Shown one piece after another: positions 11,157-24,500 of a stretch of 64,000 nucleotides of DNA. Under the pieces are notes generated by a model. That model saw only the letters and a program-made list of their open reading frames with translations, ran no database searches and was not told where the DNA came from. Position 1 is the stretch's first letter; each line of letters opens with the position of its first letter. Both the position numbers and the translations under genes were made by a program. Source of the stretch: Raillietiella orientalis (taxonomy: Eukaryota); the NCBI GenBank assembly GCA_036172245.1, contig JAYWIR010000045.1:186001-250000 (forward strand), written 5' to 3'.

Positions 11157-13413
11157 GGAGAGGGTTGGAGAGGATGAACGGACGTTGGAGAGGGTGAACC
11201 CGAACTGGGCCAGGTGCAGGGAAAGGGAATCCTTTCCCACCTATTAGTGGACTGCGTTGCCCTTCGGCTCCTTTGGGGACGTTTTTTGACGACCCTCCGG
11301 ATCCCGGTTGGCAGCCCTCCCAGGGACGTTTTTCAGCTCCTCTTCGTACGGGACGCTCTGCGACCAGCCGCAGCCCTGGTAGCACTGTTGCGTCCGAGGG
11401 ATTGTGACAGCATGGAACGACGCCAGCGGAGGAAACAACGAAAGGGACTCCATAGAGTTTGCAGTCCGCTTCCTGCGGATTGCAACCCGGTGGCCCCACC
11501 TGGGAAACATTCGGATGGACCTCGACGACATCCTGCAAAGGATGGACCCCCCTCCGAGCGGACAGTGATCCCTTCCCGGCCCTCCAAAATATTTCGTTTT
11601 TTAGTTTTTGTTTTTTCACTTTTGTTTTTTCCCCACCCTCCTCCTCCGCCGAGTAGAGTCAATTCGGTCTACGAACTGTTGACCTGGCAAGTCCAATGTT
11701 GTGCTGGCCGTAGTGGAACTTTGTACCACGAATGTCGTGAGATTTGAATAAACGCCCTGGCGTGACCGGGTGACAACGCCGGGGAGTCCACGTCACCAAG
11801 GGCGAACCGTTCTATCCACACCTCTTGCTGCGAAGTCCGGCAGCGGATGGTTTCCGGCAGCTTTTCAGGTTGCTCGAGGACCCTCCTGCTAGGGGGTCTT
11901 CCCCGCTCAGCTTGGATCTGGCGGTCAGCAGAGCAAAGGGCAGCGGCCAGTCGCAGCTTCGCCTCCCCGTGGTGAGCGCTCGTCGGAGAGAGGGCGGTCG
12001 CTTCATTCACTTCTCTCCGTCCTTCGGCGTGCATCCAGGAGATGCCTACCGAAACGATCGGCAGCCTCGTGCCTGTCGGACTGAGCGCGCGTGCTCTCCG
12101 AGATGCCCCTCCCGGCGGTTTGCGTTCGGACCTGGTGCGTCTCTCTCCTGGAGCCGGAGAAGTGAAGCAGCCGCCCAAGAGCAACAGAAGGGAAACTCGG
12201 GGGCCGTGGCACTGCAGCGTCGCTGCGCGCGAGGGCGGAATCGCGCATCAGAGATCTCGCCCCCATCCTTGTGCGGAGGCGTTCAACTTGTGGGGTCGCA
12301 CACAAGCGACGACATCGAGCCACCGAGCGGACAGTGCGGCTGCCAAGACCACGCCGGAGCCCAAGCTCCCGCGAGGACGGAATCCAGTCTGCCCGGTGCC
12401 GAGACGGGTGCTACTCCTAGCAATGCACATTTGCCCTGCTTGTGAGGAACGCACGTGGCATCGCGACGCATGGCCTTCGCCCTCCCTTGGTCGCTCCCGT
12501 CGGCATTCCTTAGGGAGCTCAGAGATAACGGCGGCTCGCATCCGTGAACTCGACAACGCGATGATGCGGGATGAGAGCCACCGAGCTCACCGAGTTCATC
12601 ACGTTAGGTTTCCTTCTGCCTCCTCGTCGCGTAGGTGTGAAAAGTGCGGAACTCATCATCCTCTCGCTGTCAGCGAGGGGTGGCTGCTGAAGGCGTCCCG
12701 AGCTTGCCCATCGGTCCACTGCCATAGAGCCTTCACTCGGGCTTCGCTTCCCAACAAGAGGCTGCTGTGTGCATCCGAGAACCGTGGGCCTCGCATCCTG
12801 GAGGAAGGAAGGACACTCGCGATGACGGCTGCGACATCCCATCGTGGACCAAAGAGAGTCCGGAAACTCCGGACGATTGACCTTAGAATTGTCGGAACGC
12901 AACGAGAAGAGCTGTCGGTTCCTCCAGCGTTCATTCTCGTCATCGGGGCTTCCCGCCTCCATCATCCTGCAAGGCTTTCATAGCACTATCTTCTGCAGCG
13001 CTCCTTCTACATGGTATGGGCGCGAAAAGTGATGGCATTTTGCCAAGCTCTTGGTGCTTTCTCTGGAAGATCACATTTCTGAAGTTTCCACTGCGATCTC
13101 CCCGCCCTCTCCTCCTCTCCTCTCGGATTTCAACTGCATTTCTACTCTTCAGGTTTCGTCATGGCAACGCACCTCGATAGGATGAAAGCTGATCGTCACC
13201 GCGAGACCGCCGACCGCTACTCGAGTGCAGCTGCACATTCGAGGGGAGCTCGGTGGCATCCCTCAGTCCTTTCTTTTCCCAGAGCTGGCAACTCTACCGT
13301 CCTGGGATAAGCCTCTTGTCCCCCCTTTCCCCCCCCCCCCCCTTGATACCCTTTTACTGGGGAGGCGGAGTGCCAAAAGCATGGCTCGCAGGCTTCCTGT
13401 CATTTTCAAACAT

Positions 13414-14096
13414 TCCCGCGTCGGCGGCCATGCAGCTGCGGCCTCCGCCCGTGGTGCCAAGCGTCGCGGGTTCCAATTTCGCCTTGGGAAGGATCGACAC
13501 CGAGCATGCGGTTGACGCCGGGAATTTCGAGTCTTCCCCCAGCAGGACGACGCTGGTTGGTCCGTTGGTTCGGGTGAGGCACTGGATGCCCCTGTTGACT
13601 GGACGGTAGTGGAAGTTGACTCTCTGAGGTCCCTTTCAGGAACCAAAGAGTCCTTAGGAGTTCCCCTCCGGTTGTGAAAATGGAGCCATCCTCCCCTCTT
13701 TCCGAGGGGGAACGCTCTATCGTGTTCCATGGAGCTGGTTGATACTCTTTTCAGGAGGTCGCGTCTCCAGAGTTTAGGAAGCGCGCTGCTCTCTTCGGGG
13801 AGCGTCCTCCAGAGAAATCGGGAAACGGAAGAAATGAGGAGTGGTCGCCTCTGACGGGTGTCTCCGCAGAGGACAGTGTGGTGGTTCCCTTCGGGCTTCC
13901 CTTCCAAGCTTAAGAGGAAAAGATTCCTTCCCCTGGAGTCTTCCTGCATTCATAGAGTGATCCCTCCGGGGTGACCCGTCATAACTTGAAGAGTTGACGC
14001 GCACTCGGATGGCGTGGACAGAGGAATTCGTGTGCCCCTAGGCTAACGGTTCTTGAGTAGGAGGTGACCCCTCCTTCCCATCCACCCCAAAAAAAA
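13414..14096 (+). mobile_element. tRNA-headed SINE-like repeat, copy S1
   Basis: Head tcggcggccatgcagctgcgg...gcgggttccaatttcgcc (A/B-box-like). Body colinear with S2-S5 (ggttgtgaaaatggagc, catggagctggttgat, ccagagaaa). A-run at 14089-14096. Confidence 0.8.
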
Positions 14097-14099
14097 GCT

Positions 14100-15700
14100 A
14101 GAAAAAGACGTTCCCGCCTGCCTCTGATGGGAACGCGGACACCCGGAGTGAAAATCTATGTGACGACCTTGAAATTCCGTTCTCTGCCTCCGAGCCCCGT
14201 TCGAACGGAGGATCATCTGTCTGCTACAGAGGGAAGTCGTCGTTGTGCTCCGCTGCGACCGGGGAATCGTGCATTCTTCATCGACTGCAATCCTTCGAAG
14301 ATCAAATGCACACACTGATGTTCGGTTCAAAATCAGCATCTTGTCTCCTTCCTTGCTCTCCCTCTTGGGAACTTGCACTCTGTACGAACTCCATCCATCT
14401 TCGCTTTTAGCATCCCGGCATCAAGAGCAGCGAACGGAGAACCGGATGGAAGCTCAGCTCTCCTCATGCGGCCACGGCTCTAGTCTACTGGCTCGACCCT
14501 ACCTCTGAGCACCGCACACCGCCAGCAGCCAGCGCGCAGCCTCCTCGTAGCTCGTCCTTCACACCTGAATCCTCCACGGTACCAGATGCTCCGTCAGGAT
14601 GCAGCGATCCACCCTCTCCAGGCCGCCTTCGAAGGAACCGGTCTTTGGTGCGTGCACCCTTGCGAGCTATCCGAGGCCTAAGCTGGAAGCCGACGACAAG
14701 GTCGTCTCGAGCGAGGTGGCCTCCTTGCCCAGCGGTCCTGCAAGGCAGCCGTGCCGTTCACACGATCCGTCTCGTCTGCAGCAAAGAATTGTCATCTTCC
14801 TCGAAGCATTCGAAGAGCGACTCCGCATTGGAGCACGTCTGACACACGCATGGCCTTTTCACGGATCGGACAAAGCACAACGTCAGTTCATCACGCCTCT
14901 GGCATCGAGCAGGACACCAGGAGATTCCGTCCCGAGTCTGTGCGTGGCTGCCCATTACTCGGGTCGCTCTTGGGATCCCTTCGACCTCTTCCGCTATCAA
15001 ATCCGCTGCTCTTGAGATGGCGAGACACGCCTTGCTTAGAAAAAGTCAGGAGGAGCTCTGCTGGAGCTCAGCGACCACCCTCGATGCTCACATTCATCGC
15101 AAGAACTGAGAAGAGGGTGGCAACAGACGAATCGAACCTCCCAGTTGCTGTGGCACCCTCCAAAGTTCACCTCAGGGCACGGGACGCTTGACGGAGAGGA
15201 AAGAAAAAGCACCTTCATACGTTGGAGCGAGAACTCAGGCACCTCGGGGGAGAAAGGGTAACACTTGAAGTGGATAAGAAGTCCTCCGTACCCCACTCTG
15301 AAGAATCTGCTGCTGTCGAGACCCATGATCTCCTGGTGGGTTGGGTCCATCTTGATGAACGGAACTGGTACCTCGTTCCGCCCTTGAGGGCTCTGGGCTG
15401 GATTTTCATGTGTGTCCATGGCCGCCATCCAAGATGTTTCGCATTGAGCGATGGGCTTGTTGATGGTCCCTATTCTGCAATTTGCATCTCACGCCACAGG
15501 AAAATCCTCCTCTTCCTCATCCAACTGATGCGCGATTGCGATCGTGTGGCACCTTGGATAGTTTTGCGTTGAGCTCGCGGAGACGGGTTAGCATGGTCCA
15601 TGGTCTCTTCGATGGAGAGTTTTCCCAAGCGGCTGATTATCTGAAGAGTTTGACTTCCCAGGCGCCTTTACGTTCGGAGTGACTCCTGCGCCCAACTGTT
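14100..15700 (-). mobile_element. Highly decayed LINE ORF2 remnant
   Basis: Residual motifs LGVLLDARG (KYLG region) and APKTGSFEGGLERVD (PK..GGLG region); no intact ORF. Confidence 0.45.
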
Positions 15701-15729
15701 CCCGTTAGCTTCCTACCTGTTTTTTCTGA

Positions 15730-16480
15730 AGCATTTATTTTTAAACAAAATAATCATAAAAGTCCAGAGAAAATATTCCATTGTGGTGGATCATTTGGTT
15801 GTACCACGTGCTCGGAACTTGCCATGACCGGTACGTAGACCGAAGAGGAAAGGAAAACCAGAAAAAAAAGAAACAAACAAAATGAGAAATAAAGGAGAAA
15901 AAGTTTTACTGAGGAGTAGGACTGGAAGGACTGGGGGTGGAATCATACTTCGCTGGGAGACGTCCTCAGCACCCTGTTCGGGGTGCTACCACGTTCTGTC
16001 CGTATCTTTCCCAGGTGGGCTATCTCGAGACGGCCTTCAAGAAGATTGTCTCCCAATGGATGGCGTCCCTCCTATTCAGGCCTTTTCTTCTGGTCTTTCA
16101 CGTCTCCATGATCCCTCGAAGACTGCAGAGCACTGCAAGGGACGCGGCTGGCGGCAGTGTGGCACCCGCGAAGAAGCCTTTGCAAATCTCCCTGGGACTG
16201 CCAACTGGGACTTCTAGAGCCGTCGAGGGACGGCCCCAAAGGAGACGGAGGTCTGGACAGTCCAGCAGAAGGTGCGGGAACCATCTCACAGCACCCATGA
16301 CATCCAGAATCCACACTTCCTTGTGTCCAATGATGAAGGAGTGCTTTGCATTGCCAGCAACACCAACTCCTGCCAATCGAGGAGGAAATGTTCCCGTTAG
16401 TGGTTGACAGGACATCCACTCGTACTGCCCCAGTAGCAGCGCAATCGGCATAGCAGGCAGCAAGGAGCTCGCCCTCACCT
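15730..16480 (-). mobile_element. LINE 3' fragment (zf-RVT and 3' UTR)
   Basis: HHWTQGSVDSGCHGC and FPHLLLDCPDLRLLWGR..ATLPPAASLAVLCSLRGI are homologous to the A1 C-terminus; T-rich UTR. Confidence 0.8.
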
Positions 16481-16499
16481 AGACACACGTACCCACCCT

Positions 16500-18600
16500 T
16501 GAAAGTAGCAGGAGTCAGCGATCCTTCTGTTGTATTGGGGCCTTCCGTGCCAGGTCCGCAGACACCATAGGACCAAGAGGAGTGCGAGCCCGAACTGCAT
16601 CAGCTCCGGAGGAAGGGACCCGTTCATGGATTGTGCTGTCCTCTGACCCCCGTGAGAACGCTTTGCCACATCCCTGCGAATCTCCGAGGGCAACCCCAGA
16701 GACATTCTGAAGCGCCTCTTCCCGTGCGACGCCCTCGCCGGTCGCATTCCCAGCAGCACTCTGCTACCTACGCGGCGGGAACGTGGGTGCATAGAGCAAC
16801 GCCGGAGGAGGCCAGAAGGACAGGGACGCCACATATTTTGCTGTGTTCTTCTTGAGGATAAAGTCAAGATGGCACCGTCTGGGAATCATGAAACAGGAAC
16901 TTGAGGCATCCTGAAAAGGATGCAGAGGACGTCCTCCAGTATCCGGTGATTCCTTCCCGAACCCTCCCAAATTTTTTAAGTATACATTTTTTTTGTTTTA
17001 TTTTTCTTTCTGTTTGTCTTCCTCCCGCTCTGCTGCCGAGCCGAACCTCGCCGACCTGCGTGCCGGCTCTCGTCAGGTTCCCATGGTTACATTTGTAACG
17101 TGGCAGGACCAAGCGCTCTACCACTGACTTGTAAGTTCGGAGTGCAGGTCGGCATCTCTCTGGGTGACCAGAGAGAAGAACACTCGGATTCGGAGCAAGT
17201 AAAAAGTTGAATAAGAAAATTTTATTCCTTCCTTTACGCGAGACGCCTCCGTAGAGGGATTTCTCGCGGCTTTTGCTGCCAGATGGTGGTCCAATGATAG
17301 GGGAGGAAGTGAGAGAAAGCCTAACGAGCCTTTCACGACCGGTGAGATAACCACCGCCATCGGGAAGCTCAAGAGGTAAAGGGCTCCAGGGGAAGATCAC
17401 CTTCCTGAGAAGGTTTACCAGTGCATTGTGGCAGAGCTGACACCCTGGTTAGCCTCTCTAATTTGCGAGATGTTTCCGCCTCGTTCCGATCAGCAAGGGT
17501 GCGTCTCCTCTTCAAGAATGGGGGTCACCTTAGTAGAGAAGAACGGCTGGATGGCCTGTTGCCTCGTCAACTCTGGCGCCGGGCTAGAGGAAACTGTTGG
17601 TACGTGGGAGACGATGAATGAAATCAGCTCAGAGATACGGAATCGCTTGCGATTCGTAGTCTACGCCCGCCGCTCGTTGTGGAAGATCCTGGGGTGTCCT
17701 AGCATGGGCAAGTGGGCGGAGCAGACTTTCCTCGCTGCAACGATACCCTTCCTGTTGAAAGCACTTGGCAGCATCCAGCCGTCGAGGTGAGGAATCTCCT
17801 GCGAGATCGCATGCAAGAGGAAGTTGATGAGCGGATGGACCATGGGGCAGCTGGCGGATACCGCGACCCCAAGTGTCCTTTAGCGAAGACTACAACGCTA
17901 GGACGAGCTGCTCGGTATTCCTAGCGAAGACCTGAAGGATAACAGCACTCTGTCCCAGAAGTGGCAGACGTAGGCACTTCTATTGTTGCACTGGGTTGCA
18001 TAGAGGGCAGCAGGTCTTCCCTGCAGCCTTCGCCGACACTACTGGACACTGGGTAGTGTGAGTCCGGACTTTCGCAGGTGTGGGGAACGAGAGTCCATCC
18101 CTCACCTGCTTGTAGACTGTGTTGCCCTCCGGCCGCTATAGGAACGTTTCGGAATCACCCTCCGAATCCTGATGACACCCACAGGGACGTCTTACAGCTC
18201 CTCTTTGTGCAGGATGCTATGCAGCCAGCCGCGGCCTTAGCACCTCTTTGCTGCATCTGCGGGATCGTTGCGGCCTGTAGCGACGCTGATGCAGGAGCGA
18301 ACGAAAAGGACGCCATCGATTAGACAATTCTTTTTCTGCGGACAGCAGCAGCACGGTCCCACCTAGGTACAATTAAGACAGACTTAGCCGGCATCCAGGA
18401 AAGGATGCAGGGGACTGACTCCCTCCAGCGGACTGTGATCCTTTCCCGGACCTCCACAGTGTTTTCATTTATTTTTATTTTTCCTTTTGTTTCCCACTCC
18501 CCTCCGATGCTGGGCTGAACCTCGCCGGTCTGCGGACCGGCAATCCGGCAGTGTAATAGGACCGTGTGTCCTACCACAATTTGCGAGTTTCCTTTAAATT
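16500..18600 (+). mobile_element. Two or more internally deleted LINE fragments
   Basis: 16500-17140 is a C-terminus plus UTR. 17150-17510 is homologous to 4610-4995 (tttcacgaccggtgagat, SFRSARVRLL). 17530-18600 matches the C-terminal half (NGWMAC..LEETVGTW, HLLVDC). Confidence 0.8.
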
Positions 18601-18899
18601 TTAAGATATGTGCCCAGGCGGGAATCGGGGGCAATCAGGGTGAGGGTTCTCTTCGAGTATGAGGAACGGGCTCCTCCCTCGGATTTTTTGCTCCGCCCAA
18701 GGCAAGGGCTCGCAGAGGGACCTCCCATCTGCGCGCCTGTCCCTCGAAGAAGGATTGTCGGGAAAAGATGCAGGGTTGTCTCCACCCGCAGAAGAGACGC
18801 GTGGAATCCTCTAAACGGTTCCACGGGTACAGTAGCCTTCCCGAGGGTAGGTTCCGAGCTCTTTCGGAGCTTCCGGAGCTGATCTGTCCTTCAGGCATC

Positions 18900-19850
18900 T
18901 GCCAATCTTTGTGTTGGACCCTCACGAGTGCCATCCTGAGCTGCTCCGGGCAAGCCGGACCGCGCTCACCCCCAGAAAACAGAGGCAGGCAGGACGAAAC
19001 ACGTGTGTTCTGAGGAGCTGTGCATTCCAAGTTTGTCTGCCGACAGGTTGGTAATGTGCACCGCTGCATACCAATCTCAGGATCGTAGACTTTGCGTTCC
19101 CCATCTGAGAGCAGGTGGACGTTGAAGTCCACTGCAATTTGGTGAATGGCTGCCGAATATGCCCAGCGCTATTTCTCCCCACCCGCAAAAATTCTCTAGC
19201 ATCTCTATCTTCTTTCTGTCAGAATGGAAGCTGCAGTGTGGGTGGAAGTCCGTTGCGAGAAGGTCGATCGTTTCGGACCACGTGACCTCCAGCTGGCCTA
19301 CCCGACTGTCCTCGTCGAAACGGATGCTGCGCATTGCCCGTAGGTGCATGCGGAACCGCGTTTCATCCAGGGTCCCCCTTTTAATCTTATGGATAATCCG
19401 TGTGAAGATACAGCTGTGCAACCTGTGGAAGCCGCGCGAGGTCGAAACTTCTCTTGGAGATGCCGCGATCGCACGCCTCCTGGCGCCTTTCCACGGGCCG
19501 CTAGCGCTTCTCGCATCCAGGCAGCAAGAGGGTAATCCTCTCACCATCTCGACTAAGTCTGCGCGGATTTGCCCTCCCATTCTCTTAGCCAGAGGCGCTG
19601 CCGCACAGCCGTCCATGCTACCTGGTAGATTGGCTTCGTCTTCTGAAGAAAGGAAAGGCGAAGATTACTTCGACTCTCTCGATCGAGGGATCAGGATTCT
19701 CCTGGAGGCGACTGGCCTTACTTCTGGAAGCCCACCCATGGAGATTCTGCCTCCCCACGAACTGGAGGCTGGAGGCATTCGAGTCTCGGGTTGACCCTTT
19801 GTAGAGGAACTCCCTTGTAGACCCTCCTTTGCAGCCCCGCTCAAAGATGT
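18900..19850 (-). mobile_element. Highly decayed LINE remnant
   Basis: Weak ORF2-like residues (KKIEMLENFCGW, RMGGQIRADL). Confidence 0.35.
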
Positions 19851-19899
19851 CCTGCAGCAAGGTACTAATAGCCCCTCCTGGACATCACACCCCTTGCCA

Positions 19900-21420
19900 C
19901 AGAGGTGTCTTCTCTAAGGGCAAGCAATGACAGTTAATGACTGGCAGAGTGGGAGTTATCCTGCACCACTACAAACTCCCGGAAGTCTGGAAGGCGAGAA
20001 AGCTAATGGACACAGTCATTCGTCGTTCCTTTGCCAAGGAACTGCTTCGGTGATGCAGGAGACACCACCGAAGCAGTCCGCACCACAAAGACAAGCTATG
20101 GGCTTGTTGAGGAAATTCTTCGCGAATGGAGGGCTTTCGTCAGGTGCCGTGATTGCAACGAGATGCTGCATCCGTGCCATCTCCACAGTCCTCCACGAGC
20201 TGGAGTGTCGGGTGTGGCGAAGGGAAGTCGCCACATGGCAGCCACCCTACGTGAGGACGGCTGCTGGACGTGGTCACCATCCGGCGCTGTTCACAGGAAT
20301 GAAGGAGTAGCTCGTGCTAATGATCGCAGTCCCTACCCTCTTTTTCTTTTTTTACTTATTTATTGCTCCCTCCCTCTCGCTCCGGAATTCCTCAAAACTC
20401 AGCCTGTGTGCCGGTGAACCTTTCTCCGGGACATCTCTTTGTTGTCTTCTGCGAATTGAGTTCCTGACTTGTTCATTTCTTTTAAATAAACGCCCGCGTC
20501 ATCGGGTCGAAACATTGCTCCTGGAGGACTTACCTCTGTTGACATCCCCCTTCCTCCAGTTCTCTCCTCCCTAAGGGAAGCAAGGGACAGTCAAAATCCG
20601 GAAAGGTGGGAAATTGAGAAGTCACCTGCTGCATTGTAGCAAAGAAGAAACTTATGGATTTGTGGACAACGCGGAAACTCATGGACATTGCCATCCCGAA
20701 CGACCCACGCAAGGGATTTCTACGCTGGGACGAGCTGCTCTCAATTCGTCCGAAGGACATGAAGTGGTTTCCAGAGTGCTGGAACAGTGGCACTCTCCCC
20801 CTCAAGTGACAGAAGCTGGCGCTGCTTATAAATCCCATGCAAAGCACGCCTTTACCGTTGGACACGGGAGAGCGTGGCTAAGGAGTAGGACAGGAGCGAA
20901 AAGAAGAAACCCTCCCACATCTGCTTCTAGACTGTGTTACCCTCTGACTTCTTTGGGATCGCCTAGAGACCACCCTTAAAATATCGGTGGACGGCCCTAG
21001 GGACATTTTGAAATGACTCTCCGTGCGTGATGTGCTGCCTTCAGCCGCGTCCCTCGCAGTTCTCTGCTGTCTTCGCGGGGTAGTGGTGGCCAGAAACGCA
21101 GGAAGAGGCTGGAATGGAAGGGACGCCATCTTCTAGACGCGGATCTTCCTGAGGACCGTCTCGAGATGGTCCCACCTGGACACTATCCGGACAGAACTTG
21201 CCAGCATCCTGAACAGGATGCAGGGGACGCCTGGCAGCGAACAGTGATTCTTTCCTCAATTCCCTACCTCCCCTCACCCAAGAAAAACTTTCCTGGCCTT
21301 TTTTTGTTTGTTTATTCTTTTTTGTTTCTTCCTTCCCCTTCGCTGCCGAAGAAGACCTCGCGGATCTGCATACTGGTAACTGGCAAGTTCCGCATGATTT
21401 TTTTTCGTACGTGGTAGAAC
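19900..21420 (+). mobile_element. Two LINE 3' fragments (one ending at 20512, one about 20520-21420)
   Basis: aataaacgcccgcgtcatcgggtcgaaa terminus at 20485-20512. 20700-21250 aligns to the A1 C-terminus (gaaaccctcccacatctgcttctagactgt = ETLPHLLLDC). Confidence 0.75.
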
Positions 21421-21549
21421 CACTTGACGCACGTTTATGTACTGAAACTCCTTCTCCTACATCTCCATACTACGAGGCGATTAAGAAGAAAATAGGAGAA
21501 TCCTTCCGAAAAGCCCACGTTTTTTTCCACAAAAACGTTTTTTCATATT

Positions 21550-24500
21550 TTTTTTTTTTTGTAATCAACGGCAAAACTGGATCGAAAACCTTTGATGACG
21601 TCGCCTTGCAACATTTCCGCTTCCTGCTCATGCTCTTTAGAACCAAGTCGAGAGCTGGCGGATCCATTTGGCTGCAGCCGGCGCGTTCGCGATGCTGCCG
21701 CGTTTCATTTCCGAGTGGGAAGTCGCCGGGCGCACCGCCAAGACACCAGAATGCTCTCCTTTTGGGTTTCCGATTCGTTTTGCATGCTTCAGTGCTCGGT
21801 GGTTGACACGCAGGAGGAGCGACCGCGACTGCGCTGTCGATGGTCACTGCAGCTTCCCGTCTGCGCGTTTCCGTTTCCAAAGGTCATCTCGATTTTGGCA
21901 CTGCTGCTCTCTCGTCAGGCTTAGCAGAGCGTTCAAAGTGACCTCGCTCTCCTTGAGGATCTACTGGGGAGACGAGATCAGACCTTCAGTTCCATCTCAA
22001 TGTTCCCCAGAAACGGTGGATCCACGGGTGAGCCCCTTTCACAGAGCCATTGAGGAATCCCAGAATTCTTGTCTGCCACTCTTGGGATCGTTCCCAACGC
22101 CCGCTCGGCAAATGAACTGGTCACGATCTTTGTATTCTACCGTGGCTCGTCAATTCAAGAGGTTAAAATACCCCTCTGCTTCTCGGAAGGATTGAATCTT
22201 AGCGGATCGTGCATGCTTCTTCCATCAAGCAGCACCGTTGGTTTCCGAAAATCTTCCCGAGGAGGTCCTCCGAGTTGTTCGATCCCCGTATCTTCATCCC
22301 ATCCTTCACAGCTTGTTCGATGCGAGGACTCCTTCCACTTTGCTGTCCTGGATCCCTCTCTCGATTCCGCATGCCTAATTATGCTGTTGGCTCCACTTGC
22401 AGTCCTTCCCTTCCTTTGTCCTTAAGCAGATGCTCCGGATCCCTTGGCTGCGATGTGCATTCAGTATCCATGGCGAGCGGACCTTCTACCTGCCTGGGTT
22501 ATCCACGAGTGATTTTCGCTCCATCTGAGAGATCTGTTGGCTCCGCTTGGTTCTCGCAAAACAGCAGATCATCCCTCTCGGCGCATCGACACGAAGATGC
22601 AGGATAGGAGTTGTTTCCATGGCTTCAGAATCGGGTTGGTATGCCACACCTTCCTGGACAGCAGCTGCAGCTGTTTCCGGGTCCTCCTTCCCTGTCACAG
22701 GACACCTCCACTGGGGAAAGGAGGTCCTCGAGGTGCCAGCATCCTTTCTGCAGCCTGCTCTGCTTTCGCCAAGAAAGGGTCTAGCGGGTCAAGCGCAGGA
22801 GCTGGGTTTCCCGGGAGATTGTGACCTCGGGCGGAAGGAGCTCGGAATCTTTCATGTGTCATTCAGTGTACGTGACCTGCTATACTTTACTCACGAAGGC
22901 AGAGCTAGTCCACTTGCACTCCCGTTCTTTCCACGGTGGATGCAGGCAACAGGGTGATTCCTCAGTTGAGGTCGCACCTATGGTCGGGGTGTTCGCTTGA
23001 AATGTGTACGCCACATATTCCACACGCGCTCCAGCACGGCGCTTGTCCCATGTGCCGAAGAACCATTCGCCTCCTTACAGAAGGGGGGGAGAAAGGAAGG
23101 GGCTCAAGAAACTCTTTAGCGCCGCACATGCCACCCGAGAGCGCAAGTAGTAACTCTTCAGGTTAGGGGGTACCCCAGGAAGGGACCACCTTGTGAATCC
23201 AGGAAGGATCCGGAGGATGGAGTCCGTTCCCTTTACACTTGGGAGGAAACCTTCTTCTCCACTCTCTGTAGAGGGACCTTCCGGATGGGGCCGATCCATT
23301 ATCTTCTCCGAAGGGAATCACGAAAGGATCTGCTCCTAAATTCCTTCTCCGCGTGGACCCCCGGAAAGGAACCGCTCCCTGTTTCCTACTCTGAAGAGAA
23401 CTCGAAGGGACGCTTCCCAGTTTCTCTGGTGGGTCTCTCCTCGAAGGGAGCAGCACGCTTCTTGACACTCTGGATAAGCAACCCCTTGAAGGGGATATCA
23501 ACCAGCTCCATGAAGCGCGATAGAGGGTCTGCCCTCCGAGGGAGGGGGGATACAGCTCCATTTTCAGTCGGAGGGAAACACCAAAGAGAACCTTGATTCC
23601 TAGGAGGACCTCGGAGGGACGTCGACTTTCAAATCCCGACCACTTAACGAAGGCATCTGATTTTCAGCTTCCCCCCGTGCCGCAACCGAAGTCTACAGCC
23701 CAACCAGCGTCGTCCTGCGGGGAACTCACGATGCACCCCCCACTTCTCGGCGTCGATCTTTCTCTGGGTGAGATTCGAACCCGCAACGCTTGGTGACGCT
23801 AGTGGAGACTGCAGCCACAGGGCCGCCAACGTGGGCGACGTGGACCTTGCACCGAACTGATGGGATGCTGGGCAACGTGTAGCTGATCGTTGACTTTTGT
23901 GCGTTTCCAGTGAAACAGGCGGGTTTAAAACGGGCAGGCTGGAGGAGATGTCAGTGAGCCAAGGATGGTGAGGATACATCTTGACACTCAACTCTTTCCG
24001 CGCTTCCTTCTACACAATCCCTAGCGACGATCGTCTGGTTATGCGTGTGTGCTTCATTTCGCAGTTTCTCTCTCTCGGATATTAAAGCTGATTCTGAAAC
24101 TTGTTCGAATGTGGGAAAGACGCAGTCAAGCGTGAGCCCCAAGGTGAAGGCTCTTGTGTTCTCGGTGTGAGCAGTAGGCTGCGAAGCAACGCAGCAGCCT
24201 CACTGTTCTACGAAAACATGGCCATTGAACAATTGACCCATGCTCCTCCCGCTAACTCTCCGACAGCCTCGCAGTCAGCATCCTCGCCGATCCTCGGGGA
24301 AATCATCAAAAAAAAACCATTATCTGTTAGAAACGTCAGAGAAGTTCTCCTCGTTCAGTGGCCTTCCTGGAATGGACGCTTAGCTCTTCTTCAGCTTCGA
24401 ATAGCTTGCAGCGCCTTGCTCAGGGGAACGCCAAACGACCACTCATATCCGTGTCTGCGACAGCCACCGCTGCTCCGATAGATCTGCCATCACCGGGCAG

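Larger units (their letters stand above)
7414..11775 (+). mobile_element. Older LINE copy A2 split into 7414-7672, 9045-10802 and 11180-11775 by two younger insertions
   Basis: The three pieces are colinear with A1 once inserts are removed (DLHKTFD, RQGDSLSPLLF, AYTND, KYLGV, HLLVDC). Ends with aataaacgccctggcgtgaccgggtgaca at 11747-11775. Confidence 0.85.

Noticed and set aside
23760..23836. Functional tRNA genes at the SINE heads
   Set aside because: The T-arm and boxes are present, but there is no consistent anticodon or acceptor stem among copies, and each head continues into the shared repeat body.
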